This document shows positions 13,083-26,531 of a DNA stretch of 64,000 bases, piece by piece. The DNA lies in NCBI GenBank assembly GCA_964016885.1, contig OZ024742.1, forward strand, positions 198,834,001 to 198,898,000. Direction: 5' to 3'. A program made the position numbers and the translations under genes. The stretch's first letter is position 1. The number at the start of each line of letters is the position of its first letter. Source of the stretch: Eledone cirrhosa. Lineage: Eukaryota. The notes beneath the pieces were generated by a model. It had not been told where the DNA came from and made no database searches. It saw only the letters and a list, made by a program, of their open reading frames with translations.

Positions 13083-13184
13083 TTTTCATAGTTTGTCGAT
13101 AAATTTGCTGTGTATTCGTAATGTTACTCACACAACACCAGATCTGCTATTTTTTCTTTTTTGGGGGTGACCACTTATAGTGAT

Positions 13185-13220
13185 GAACGGCTGCGTGTTC
13201 GTATCACGTCAGGGTTACCA
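13185..13220 (-). promoter_or_regulatory. Primer-binding site complementary to the tRNA-Trp 3' end, extended to ~36 nt
   Basis: Plus strand GAACGGCTGCGTGTTCGTATCACGTCAGGGTTACCA resembles metazoan tRNA-Trp ...GAAGGCTGCGTGTTCGAATCACGTCGGGGTCACCA (recalled, not searched). Confidence 0.8.
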
Positions 13221-14115
13221 ATATAGCGAGAGTACTGGGTTGTATGAATGTAACAAGTAATACATTGTTTGTGTAGATAATATTTAATTAACAATGGTAG
13301 ATAGTATAGTTGCATGTCAAAGAAATAGATGAAAGAATGAAACAAAGTTAGTCGTTACCGTTTTGATTGCCAGGCAAACGCGGCTGGCAGAAGACGCCTG
13401 GCTAAGGCCAGGCGCCGGAAGGCAAATGAGAGGCAGAGAGCCGAGAGCTATTCGTTTTATAGGGCTCTGCCGGAAGTTACAGAAAGGGTTCTACTTCCCG
13501 TCTAGATGTTAATCCAAACAAGGGAGACAACCGCTACAACTTTTTGGGTTTCATTCATTTAATTTGTTTTAGATTTATCTTATTTTATTTTATTTTATCT
13601 TAATTTATTCTGTCTCCTTTATATTTCATGTGGATATCATTTGATGTTCACTTTGTTTCGGTGTTTTAATCGCGAAATATTCTTTGAACGATATTTATTA
13701 CTAATATTTATAGTTCTCTTTGACCGCTCTCTCTCTCTCTTTCTGAATTGCTATTTCTCACGCTGTCTCTGTTTCTCTCCTTATTCCTTCCTCTCTCTCT
13801 CTCTAGATCACACGAGCTCTCTCCCCCTCTCTCTCTCTCTCTAAATCGCACATTGAATTTCTCACCGGACTTATCTATCTCCTCTCTCTCTTCCCACTCT
13901 TCCCGCTATCTCTCTCGCTCCTCTCTTATGTCTCCCTCCCCTTTCTTTTCTTCTGTTTCTTTTTCTTTTTCTCTCTCTCTAGATCGCACAAGCTCTCTCT
14001 CTCTCTCTCTCTCTCTATTTTCATCTAAATCGCTCCTTAAATTTCTCACTGGACTTATATCTCCCTCTGTCCCTCTCTAACCTCTACCCTACACTTCCCA
14101 CTATCTCTCAGCGAA

Positions 14116-15917
14116 ATGGACTGCATACAGGAAAAAGGTGAAATTAGGAGTCAGCGAAACTGGTCAAAGTTGGAACTAGCGGTTTTGATCAAGGGCTGGA
14201 CCATGGCTGATGGGTCTCCACCAAGCAAAAAGATGGCGGAGAACCTGAAAAGCCATGGGTTTCTGAAGACCCTGGCACAGATAGAGAGAAAGAGAAAAGA
14301 AATTGAGAAGGCCTATGTCCTCATAGCGTCACATGTGGCGATGCTAAGCCGTGTCCTCAAGGAGGAGAAAACCGAAAAGAAAGGAGAGGAGAGGGAAAAA
14401 GAAAAGGAGGAGAGCACAAGCACGGACCTGAAATAAAATGAGATACCCGTCGCCACAGTCAGGGAGGGCAGCCCGGGAAACCAACAAGCAAAAGGTAAAG
14501 GTGAAAAGCGAAATCACCTTCCGAAGGAGAACCAAGCGCAGAGGGATCAGTGGACAACTGTTCAAAGGAAGAACAGAAAGCACCGAGACACTGGGAGCAA
14601 AAAAACCCAAGTAATGTGCAAGTTTTTCAGGAACGGGACCTGCTGGCATGGAGAGACAGGGATGGGATGCAGATTCGCCCACCCTAGGTCTCAAACGAAC
14701 TATGTCCATGCTACTCGCGCAACATGCCCCAGCCAAAGCCGAAATAAACCGCTCCAGAAGTATGCTGATGTCGCGCGTGCCGCGCCAACAAGGAGAAGGC
14801 ACGCACATGCCGACGAGATACAGATAGCAGCAGCAGAGCAGAAAATTTTTTTAGTGATGGCAGAGAAGATTGTGGGACAGCTGACCTGGCTGCATCGTTT
14901 CCAGAGCCAGGGTCACCCACACCAGCACTCGAGACCACCACAGCTAAGGGACCCAGAGTGGCCGCCGCTGACACCAGACCAGGTGTCATACCGTCAGCCA
15001 TTACTGGCATCCCAAAAGTCACACCAGTGCTGCTGCTGAATGTCAGAGGCCTGGTGAAACTCAGTAACATGAGTAAAATTTCCTACCTGGGAGACTTAGC
15101 CATAAGCAATCAAGCATTATGCATGGCACTAACCGAAACGCACCTGACAAGCAGTATAGCAGATGCAGAAATACATATACCGAAATATACTGTATTTCGT
15201 TCGGACAGGAAGGAGAGAACTCATGGTGGGGTTGCTCTGTATATCCGTGAAGATGTCACACCAATTGTACTGTTGACACATTCAAACTCAGTCTGTGACA
15301 CACTGATAGTACATATGAAGCAACTACAGACAGTAATATGTGTCACATATCGGCCGCCCAATGCCCCCAGTCATGAGGGTAAATTTGAGGATAGCCTAAG
15401 TAGGATAGAAGAGGTCCTTGACAAACTGGTCTCAACATTCTACTGCTGGGAGACTTCAACCTACCAAAGGTCAAATGGCCTGAAGGCCACCTCCTCCCTG
15501 GAATGACGTCAATGGAACAGAGACAGACGGAATCCCTGCTGGCCCTCACACACAGGCTGTTCATGGAGCAAGCAATGCTCCTCCCAACAAGAGGCGAAAA
15601 TGTCCTGGACCTCTGTTTTACAAACAACGAAGTACTCATCCACAATGTAAAGGTGACACCAACAATTCTCTCGGATCATAACTTAGTAGAGCTAATGATA
15701 TGTGGTCCGAGAGAACCAACAGAGACAAACCCACCAAGAAGCTCCGGGGCGTTATCCAGCCTTAACTTCTACAAGGCTAACTGGAAAAAGATTAAGAGAG
15801 AAATCCGGAAGCAAACATGGAGTGAAAACACCGCCACACAAGACACTAACACACAATTTCAACACTTCATGACAACGATACACACTATATGCAAAAAGTT
15901 TGTCCCGGAGAAAAAGG
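14116..15917 (+). mobile_element. CR1/L2-group LINE, 5' part: ORF1 (Myb/trihelix-like plus CCCH finger) and ORF2 APE endonuclease; RT missing
   Basis: RNWSKLELAVLI..W; CKFFRNGTCWHGETGMGCRFAHP; LNVRGL, LTETHL, RSDR..GGVALY, YRPP, GDFN, PTRGENVLDL, SDHN. Confidence 0.8.
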
Positions 15918-15919
15918 CA

Positions 15920-16655
15920 ACTCAGACTCAGACTCAGAAGCTCCCGCGTCTTGCGACGCAAGAGGCAATCATAGTGTTCCACCGCGTTCGGTCAACAGCC
16001 AATTGCACAGCGTCCCGCCATTGTCTGTTTGTCGCTCGCAGGTCCCTCTCAACTCTCTGGCGCCAGTTCATTTTGGGTCGCCCTCTCCGTCTGCTTCCCT
16101 GTGGGTTCCATTTAAGTACTTGGTTCACCAGTCTCTCCGGGGGAAGTCTCAAAGCGTGTCCAAACCAGCCCAGGCGTCGCTTGCAGATGGCAGAAGAGAC
16201 TAGCTGCTGGTTGGTGCGGTTCCTGACTTCCTGGTTTGTTACATGGTCACTCCATTTAATCCCCAGGATCTTTCGCAGACACCTGGAATCGAATACGTCC
16301 AACTTCTTCTCTTGGCTGGTCTTAAGGTGCCATGTTTCACTTCCGTACAAGAGTGTGGACAGCACGTTGCGGTTGTAGAATCTCATCTTTGTTTTGAGGG
16401 TGAACTTCCTGCTCTTCCAGATCTTGAAAAGCTGGTTAAATGCTGCTGAAGCCTTTCCCATTCTACATTGCAATTCACTGTCCATGGTGCCCCCATTGTC
16501 AATGGAGCTTCCTAGGTAGGTGAAGTTGTCCACTATCTCCACCTCCCCCTGTTCATTGAAAACACTAGTTGGTGATGGGTGTGTCCCAGATAACATGCTT
16601 TTGGTCTTCTTAGCACTGATATTGAGACCTAAGCTTCCTGCTTCATCCCTGGAAT
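15920..16655 (-). mobile_element. RTE (BovB-like) LINE 3' fragment
   Basis: FTYLGS, LLYGSETW, RRLGWFGH, RRRGRPK; (CTGAGT)n tail. Confidence 0.88.
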
Positions 16656-16689
16656 GCTTACGGTATGAAGAAGAGACTGACTAATACAT

Positions 16690-16897
16690 AGTTACAATTT
16701 CAAGGAAATCGGTCTGACGTAACGCCTAAAAAAAACCTTAAAATGTTAAACAACACAGTTTTTCACCTAATGCGGGCTCTAGGAGATAAAAAAAGTTGAA
16801 TATTTTTATGTGCATAACACTCCCTGAAACATAAGTAATACACATGAAAAGTTTGAAAAAAATCGGTTGGGTACTTCTCGAGTTTTAGGGATTCAAA

Positions 16898-16976
<79 letters not shown>

Positions 16977-17280
16977 CATCATCAAGGAAGTGACGTAGTG
17001 CAGAGAGTCAGATATACAGACATATATTATAAGGGCGCGACGTTATAAGTATGTATCTTTCTAAAAAGAGAAAGACTAAGAATTATAGAGCGAGATCGCT
17101 AAATCGCCTAATGTGGTCCTTGGGGCATAGAAAATTAAAAAATTTTTTTTGCTCAGAACACTCCCTGAAAGATAAGTATTACATGTGTAAAGTTTGAAAA
17201 CAGTCGGTTGGGTGGTTCTCGAGTTTTAGGGATTCGAACTCACACACACACAGACAGACATCCTCAGTTTTTTCTCCGAT
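16690..17280 (-). repeat. Helitron-associated non-autonomous repeat remnants (two related modules)
   Basis: Block ACACTCCCTGAAA..AAGTTTGAAAA..TCGGTTGGGT..CTCGAGTTTTAGGGATTC.AACT(CA)n occurs at ~16817 and ~17158. Confidence 0.4.
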
Positions 17281-17979
17281 AATGTATTTATTTATTTACT
17301 CTTGGTGCAACAGATATGAAATTCCCGATATAAGGTTTAAACTCTCTTTGTTTATTTTTTTATATATGAATATTGATTGTTTCTTGTATCTCATTCTGTT
17401 ATTTTGCCCGAGAAAATATCTGTGTGTCATCAAACGTTGTACACACATAGATATTTTTTCAAGTTCCAATTGAGTTCTAGCACGTGGCCTGAATTCCTTT
17501 TAGAATTCATTGTCCTGCGCATGTATTGTTTTTTTGGCGGTAATCTACTTCCTCATTTTTGAATCAGTTTGAGTATTTCTTTAGAACTGCTGGAGTAGCA
17601 ACCTAACAGATACCTCAGGCACTGATGGTGATTATCGGTAAATACTGATGTTGGTTAGATTATCAATATTAGTATTATTGGGCACCCACTGATGAATTAT
17701 AGGAGCCCACTTGAATAGATATCTGTTGATCTTATACAAGCTCCTATGGTATAATTTCACCCAAATTGTAGGAATCTTATAATGAAACGAGACGTCCGTC
17801 TGGGAAGAGATATATTCGATATGTCTCATATGAAATAATACAGCAAATTTTACACATAATACATTTAGTTAGCACCCCGAACGCTTAATTAGGAATATAC
17901 TCACTTATTTCCTAATGTTTGTTGAGTGAGTTGGAATTTGGCCGGAGTATCGCAAAAAAGCTTTCTCCGATAATGTATT

Positions 17980-18036
<57 letters not shown>

Positions 18037-18037
<1 letters not shown>

Positions 18038-20364
18038 CATCATCATCATCATCATCACCGTTTTACGTCCGTTCTTCCACGCTAGCATGGGTTAGACGGG
18101 TTGTCCTGTTGTAGGCAGAGTCTGGTCGGCTGACCATACCTTGCTCATACAGGAACTGATTTGGTGGCTTGATTTCTACAGCTGGATACCCTTCCTAATA
18201 CCAACCTCATTTACAGTGAGTGCTGGGTGCTTTTTCGTGGCGCCTACACGTCCACTTTACAGTGTGGGCTGGGTGCTTTTTTGCCGTGGCACCTCCACGA
18301 CCACCTTGCAGTGGGGGTGTGGGGGCATATTGTCTATATGCTTCAGCTTGTACCCATGGGAGGTCGGGTACTCTGTATTACTGCGTGACACCAGAGGTCA
18401 CGGTCGTGTGTCATCGCCTTTGAGAGGTGTAATTGGGTAAGGTCGGCTTTTATCACCTCATCCCAGGTCATCTTGGGTCTCCCCACTCCGCGGTTTCCAT
18501 CGACTTCTAGTGCTCTGCACCTTTTTATGCAGCTGTCATCCTTCATACGCATCACATGTCAATACCAACGCAACCGCCTCTCCTGCACACAGCATTTGAT
18601 TCCTCTTATGCTCAGTCTCTCTCAATTCATTTATGCTTTGACGGTCGTGTATATTACTATTACACATCCATCGGAGCATGCAGGCTTCGTTTCTCTCTAA
18701 TCTACGTAAATCTTCCACCTTCAGCGCCCAGGTCTCACTACCACGTAACATTGCTGTTCGGATACACGCATCATACAGTCTGCCTTTCATTTTGAGGGAG
18801 AAGCCTTTTGCAGCTAGCAGTGGTAGTAGTTCCCTAAACTTCTTGCATCCCGTTCTTAGCCTAGTTATTGTACTTTCTGAACACCCACCTCCGCTGCTAA
18901 TTCGGTCACCTAGGTAGCAGAAGCTGTCTACTGTTTCTACAGAGCCCTCCCAGAGATTGGTGGTACTTGTTTCCTGTGGCTGTTTGTTGCTTGCCGTCCC
19001 AGCGCAGCTGCTGCATGTGAAGCCTACATTCTTAATTAAGCTTCCTGAGATCCCGCTACATGTCTTGTGTACCCATTGTTTGCATTTCGGGCAGAGAATG
19101 GAGTTCCTACCTACACCTTTCCTACATACTGAGCAAGGCCATTTCCCTGAGGGGATCTGGGTTGTCTTCTCGTCTACTTACAAGGACCTTAGTCTTTGTC
19201 ATGTTGACTTTGAGACCCTTTCTTTCTAGTCCCTGCTTCCAAGTTTGGAATTTCTTCTCTAGTTCTACTATAGATTCAGCTATAAGTGCGAGGTCATCAG
19301 CATACAGGAGTTCCCATGGGCATCCGGTCTTAAACTCCTCCGTTATTGCCTGCAGGACTATGATGAACAGGAGAGGGCTAAGAACAGAGCCCTGGTGGAC
19401 CCCAACCTGTACGCTAAATTCCTCGCTATACTCATTGCTAATCCTAACTTTGCTGACTGCTCCCCTATACATGGCTTGTACAGCTTTCACAAGCCATTCA
19501 TCTAGTTTTCTAAGAGACCACCAGATTACAGCACGTGGAACTCTGTCTAAGGCTTTCTCAAGATCGACGAATGGCAGGTAGAGTGGCTTACTTTTAGCTA
19601 GGTACTTTTCCTGTAACTGCCTCACAAGGAAGAGGGCATCAGTGGTGCCTCTTCCTGGTACAAACCCAAATTGCATCTCATCTAGTTTCACCCGGTCCCT
19701 AATCAACTGTGCTATAACTCTTTCTGTTACTTTCATGACCTGGTCCATCAGCTTTATACCTCTATAGTTTCCTCTATCGAGTGCATCACCTTTACCTTTG
19801 TAGCAGTTGACAATGATGCTACTGCACCAATCTTTTGGTATGACACCTTCTAGTATTACCTGGTTAACAATTTGTGTGGTTATAGTGTGACCTACAGACC
19901 CAGATGCCTTCAGCATCTCGGCAGCTATACCCGATGGACCGGTTGTCTTCCCCATCTTCATATCTTTGATTGCCTTACTTACTACGCTGCTGCTGACTTG
20001 TACTGCTGGCCCCTCTATAGGGTCTACTTGGGGTAGGGTCTCTTCTTCCCATGCATTCTCCTCATTTAGTACTCTTTTACTCTTTTACCTGTTTCAGCCA
20101 TCCGGCTGAGGCCATGCTGGGGCACCGCCCTTGTAATCTATCATAATGACTCTTCCATGCATCTTTCTTCTCAGCACTTGTGAGGGCAAGCTCACCTTTA
20201 TCATTCCGGATACACTTCTCTCCAATGACATCACAATTCTCTCTGACACACTGCCTCGCAATCTTGAACACCTCCTGTTTCTGGTCCTCACGTTGCAAAA
20301 CATGCTTGAATTTTCTATCCTCTGCTTCCCTCCTAGCTAAGTAGACTTCTCGCCTAGCTTCCCT
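18037..20364 (-). mobile_element. RTE LINE family A, 5'-truncated, with Cys/His finger downstream of RT
   Basis: NYRGIKL, QFGF, FVDLEKA, GVHQGSVLSPLLF, YADD, GRPK; (ATG)n tail. Confidence 0.92.
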
Positions 20365-20438
20365 ATATATATATATATATATATATAAAATATTAAACAA
20401 ATAATGAATAAACAATTCCTTATATTAAACAAAAAAAG

Positions 20439-20593
20439 TTCATTATTTAACGATCGTTTCTAGGGTATATATGTGTTATAATTGGTATGCATATTCAACA
20501 GATCTATGTACAAAATTATACAAAATTATACAAATTATCAAGATTAAATATACATACCTAACACATATATACGCCGTCTTCAGAAATAATGAA
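20439..20593 (-). ncRNA. Hammerhead ribozyme with ~116-nt stem II (mirror of 31286-31440)
   Basis: Reverse complement of the 31286-31440 motif. Confidence 0.75.
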
Positions 20594-21433
20594 GTATATT
20601 TATTGATAATAACAACAATTCAAAATATCAGTTCAAAATTGACCAATGAAAACACAAAGGGTTAAAAGCAGTTCGGTGTGTGTATATACATGTAAAATCC
20701 TTACACATATTTTACAAAAATGTATGTATAACTTGTATACGCATACTAAAAAGATGGATGCAAACACAAAATTTCAAGGTTAATATCTCTGTAAGCTTAA
20801 AATGCGCTGATAAGATGCGCATTGATACTTATGGAGTCAAGCATATAAATATATTTTTTTTCCTACTCACCCATATCAGTATAATCACACATACATGCGC
20901 GTATATGCATAAATATACACATAACCACGAACATACAAACACACACACACCCCCACTCACATTTATATATGTGGATATAAAATCATAAGCACATGGAAAT
21001 TAAATCACTCACATAAAACACTGGCACACACATTTCAAGATCAAGATACAGAAATTAGGTGGGAGGGGGGGGAGGGGTCAGTATTCAATTGTCTGAGCAG
21101 ACTGCCTAATATAAATGTATCTATAAATTAAGAAAAATAAAAAAATAAAACAATAAAATATAATAAATATAATATAATATACATACACATACAGATATAT
21201 ATACACATACATACATGTACGCGCACATAGAAATATTTACGCATACACACATACACACATACATATACAGTCATACACATACATACACTTACACGAACAT
21301 ACACATACACATATAAAAAGATATATATATACACACACACACACGCGCAACACATACACACATACACATATATATAAAAAAAATAGATAATAAAGATATA
21401 TATCCATATATATATATATATACACACACACAT

Positions 21434-21484
<51 letters not shown>

Positions 21485-21563
21485 CATACACATAGATCTA
21501 AATATACATACACATACATACACACATACATGTACATACATGTACATACATATACGCACATCG

Positions 21564-21616
<53 letters not shown>

Positions 21617-21927
21617 TAGACATATAGATACATACACACACAACTTACATACACACGTATATATATATATATAGATGTACCTTCATACATAGAATTAGAT
21701 ATATAATCATACATACATATGCACCTACTTATACTCATATATATAAATACATACGCTTCCATATATGTGTATATACATAAAAAACAATACAACCTCACCA
21801 AACTCAGACATACAAATAAAAATAATAATAAAAAGGCATATGTATATACATACACACACGCATTAATAGAGATATATATATATACACACATACATACACA
21901 TATATATATATATACACACATATATAT

Positions 21928-21976
<49 letters not shown>

Positions 21977-22097
21977 TAGACTCATACATATATATATATA
22001 TATATATATATAAACATATATATCCACACACTCATACCACCATAAATACACCTACAAACACCCACATATATATATATATATATCTATATACACACAC

Positions 22098-22146
<49 letters not shown>

Positions 22147-22295
22147 TAAAAAACAGACATGCACATATATATATATATATATTTTATTACTCTTATATAT
22201 ACACATATTATATATACATACACAACCTCACTTATACACATATACACATAAGTTATATTATAATAATAAAGAATAATATACATATATATATATAC

Positions 22296-22327
<32 letters not shown>

Positions 22328-23622
22328 ATACATACATACACATACATACATACACATAAACATATACATACATAAATACACACATACGAATAAAGACATA
22401 TATTCACACATAGACACCTATATATATATATATATATATCTATATATATATATACCCATATATATATATATATATATATACATACACACACACACACACA
22501 CACAGACACACATACACACTCACATATATATATATATGTATGTGTGTGTGCGCACATACACATATATACACACACACATACAAACACACACAAACTCATA
22601 CATATGCATACGTGCACACACACACACATATATCACATAGATACGAAGATAAACATATAAATAGAGAGACATACATATATATACACAACACACATACCCA
22701 TACATACATACACGCATATACATATACATACATATATACACATATATATATTCCTATATATACAAGCATACACATACATACACATATATACACATACATA
22801 CACATATACATACAACACATTCACATACACATACATATATAATGCATATATATACATATATATACATACATATGTATGTACAATCATATATACACACACA
22901 ATCTTACATTCATATTTGCATGCTCATATATGTATTTTTATATTTAGATATAAATACCCAAACCTATATAGACACCTACCTACATATATATTCATACATA
23001 GACGCTTACAAATACAGATGATAATAGTATGGGGGAATGGGGGGGTTTGGAGAAGGGGATCAAAGTAAATATATGTTTCAAGAAACATATAATATTTTCC
23101 GTATCTTTATTCAATGTATGTTCTTACATATTTTCAGTGCTAGGAAATACGAAATCTATGCATCTCAAAATAAATAAGTATACCATTAATCATATGTTAA
23201 CTAAATCAAAGATAGTCAACATATTGATTTCTAAGGTGTAAATTAGTTAGGTTTATAATATTTGGAGCAGAATTTTGAAGTCAAACAGTAGTAGATTATT
23301 AATTACAGTATAACTAAATTAAAGTTAATAACGTTATGGTATCAATATTAGGAAATGAATTTAGTAATAGGGAAAAGAAACCCAAATAAAAATAAAATAA
23401 AGTATTACATCGGTAGTAGCATATAAATTATATGTTAACTAAATTAAAAATTATATATTTATTTCAATAGTATACGTTAATTAGTATATGTTAATTAGGT
23501 ATACAATACATAAAGCAGATATTGTGTTTCATCAATAGCATAATATAATTATATGCAAATAGAAATCAAAATTAATACGCATACATATACATATACATAC
23601 ACATACACATATACATACATAT

Positions 23623-23673
<51 letters not shown>

Positions 23674-24202
23674 TACACATATATACATACATACAGATAC
23701 ACATACACAACACACACATACACATACACATATACATATACATATCTTTTTCAAAAAATTGCACAGAATATATTAACTAGGTATATATCCAAAACACATC
23801 CCATTCTATGATTACATGACATTCTGCAATTCGTCTGTATAAGGATACTAATTTTAAGCAAATTAAAATTAAAATTTTTAGGTTGATTAAAACTAAAACC
23901 AAATAATAAATATATTTCCAAAATGTATATTAATTAGGTCTATAATACTAAAAATTATTTCTCTGTCATTGGATACATGATATTATTTTGTTATATTTTA
24001 TCTGTAAAAGAATTATAATAAAAGGTTTAAATAAATTAAAATTAATCTATAAATTAAATTACTAAGTATATATTAGTAATATTTAAAGGTTTTTCACAAT
24101 TTATGATTACATAATATTTTCTCATCTGTAATAAAATATTAATTAAATTAAATTTATAGGTTAACTAACATTTAAATTAAATTAATTTCTAGAATAATGT
24201 TA

Positions 24203-26531
24203 TTAATTAGGTTTATAATATTTAAATGTTTTTTTTAGTTTATGATTACACGATATAATTAATTCCTGTCGTTTATTTAATAAGATATCCTTAGACTTCA
24301 TTATTTCAAATAGTTCTTGGGAACATAATCTACATTCCTTTCTATTATTTTGATAAGGGGTGGCTCTTTTGAGCACACTCCAGGTCAAATCATATTTTAT
24401 ATTCTTATTTTTATAACTATTGATTTTTTCTGCTAGAGATGTTGTATTAGCCAGTGCGGCATTTTTAAAACTATGCTTGTGGGTATTAAACCTTGTCTTA
24501 AAATTGTTAGAGGTAGCTCCTATATATGAGCAAATAGAATCTTTAGTTTTAACATTACATTTATAGACTATGTTGTTAACAAGACAATTCCCTTTTAATG
24601 GGCAGTTTGTTTTGTTTCTACAGTTACATCCTTTCGTTAATTCTGTATTTGAGGAGATATTATGGTTAATTTGATGTACTGGTGGTATACTTATGGTTTT
24701 CTTACATTTATATGCATTATATGCACTTATATTTTGTTTTATGTTATTTGTTGTAGAGTATGAGAATTTAACTGTAGACCTATTTAAGATTTGATGGTAT
24801 TTGTGGTTTGGCGGGAAGTTTTTCTCAAGGATATAAAAAAATTTTTTAGCAATATTATCCTTAACTTGTAAATTAAAAGGAGCATTATACCAAGTAACTC
24901 GTCTATTACGGTTTCTATGTTGTTTATTATTTTTATTATTTTTATAGGTTGTATCATGATTTTTACTAGGAGGATTAATGTTAATGATCTCACCACAACT
25001 ATTTTTAGTTATATTTGTAGATTTAGGTGTTTTATCTTTTTTATTAGGAGTTTTATTATTAATATTTATTATAGTTGTATGATGAGTAGTTATTTGAGGG
25101 TTACTATACTTTATATTAGAAGATTTAGTATTTTGGGGTATATTGTGGGTGGCATTTAGGTGTGTACTTTTCATTTGGTGTTTGTTGGTAATATTATGCT
25201 GTATGCTTTCAGTATTTTTAGTAGAAGGTATATACTCTAATCTATTTTTGTGGCCACTTCTATCTAGAGCTTCATTATAAAAGGTCGCATTTTTATCAAA
25301 TACATCTTGGTTAGAAGAAAGGTTAGAAATTCTAAGTGATATATTATATGCAAGGTTTTTAAGGATAGATTTAGGGTGATTAGATTGTGAGTGTATGTAA
25401 TGTAAGTTTTGGTTAGGTTTATGGTAAGGTTGGTATATACCCGTAGCTAAATCTAAAGTTATATCTAGGAAATTTACTACTTTACTTGTTTTTTCAAAAG
25501 TAATATTAAGATTATAATAGTCTTTAAGGAAAGTTCTAATATGTTTTTTGTTTTTTTCGATTTCTGAAAGGCTAAGGTTGTTAGAAAGAAGAAGACAGTC
25601 ATCACGATATAAACCACCTTTGAGGTGGGGAAAAGAGGCATTTATGTTGAAAAGGAGAAAGAGGCCCACAAGATCAGTAATTTGGGCGGAATCGCTTGAA
25701 CCCATAGTAATATCAAAAAGATTACTGTATGTGTTTCTGGTCCAGTATTCATTCTGAAATTCAATAAGTGTTAGTCTAGCATGTGTAATAATGTTAATGT
25801 CATCCGAAGTTAAATTAGATCTATTTTTAGCAAATATTAATGCTTTGTTCAGGAGTATAGGTGATATAGAAGAATAGTAATTATCTATATCAAATTGTAG
25901 GAAAGAAGCAGAAGATTTACACCTAATATTTTTAAACCAGTTAATTACCTGGGAGGTGTTTTCCCAGAGTGGTAAAATAACGTGTTTTCTTATTTGTGGG
26001 ATGACTCTATCTAAAATTTTTTTGCTAATTATTCCAATATCTGATTTGGAGGGACATATAAGTCTAATAGAAGGATTAGAGTTAAAGTTAGATTTGTGAT
26101 CTTTCAGGTTGAAGTGTGGTCTTTTCAATGCCAAAGGTTCAGTTCTATCTTCAATGTTTAGTTTTTTTACTATGTTGTGTGTTTTGTTGTTGATGTTGGT
26201 GAGTGACGCATTATTAGATTTTTTATAATTTTTTCTGAGTTCTTTATATATGAACTCATTATAATGTTCAATATCCATATGATACAAGTTACCAGTTTTG
26301 TCCGAGTGGACATGGATTTTTTTAGACTTTTTTAGGTCCAATAGGGTAGAATCAAGGTCCTTTTGAAAGACGGATTTATACTTTTTAAATTTGAGGTGTT
26401 TAATTAAATTAAAAAGGTCTTTCTCGAAGTCTTCAAGTAAAAAGTTGTGTGGTGGATTCTTGTAAGTATTGAAATCATACATATATTTCCGATCTGCTTG
26501 TTTAGATTTTCTATCGAAGTGGTAGGCTCTC
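24203..26531 (-). CDS. PLE RT plus GIY-YIG endonuclease, uninterrupted but 5'-truncated at the inversion junction
   Basis: 759-aa ORF, open upstream to (W)RAYH at the junction; DKT, LKDHK, RLI, FDI..YSSI, MGSSDSAQ, YRDD, CNC..CPL.G.C, IVY..YIG, C..C..CNH. Confidence 0.9.

Larger units (their letters stand above)
11363..13538 (-). mobile_element. Non-autonomous LTR retrotransposon (TRIM/LARD-like, 4-bp TSD as in many Gypsy lineages)
   Basis: LTRs 11363-11680 and 13222-13538 (~317 bp, about six differences); minus-strand ends TGTAGCG...CGCTATA; ACTT target duplication; TGG primer site next to one LTR and a purine tract GGCGGGAGG next to the other; no gag/pol. Confidence 0.9.

Noticed and set aside
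13185-13220. tRNA-Trp gene
   Set aside because: Only the 3' half including CCA, adjacent to an LTR, so it is a primer-binding site
17480-17850. Possible host exons (also 37290-37600 and 60885-61130)
   Set aside because: Complex sequence but no recognisable protein or consistent splice-bounded frame; small exons cannot be excluded without RNA data
24203-26482. Selenocysteine recoding, reported for some Naiad PLEs
   Set aside because: No in-frame TGA at conserved Cys positions in this ORF or in the other PLE fragments examined
26447-26531. Novel N-terminus on the 410-aa plus-strand ORF
   Set aside because: Antisense read of the RT region across the inversion junction with a GTG start; not an independent gene
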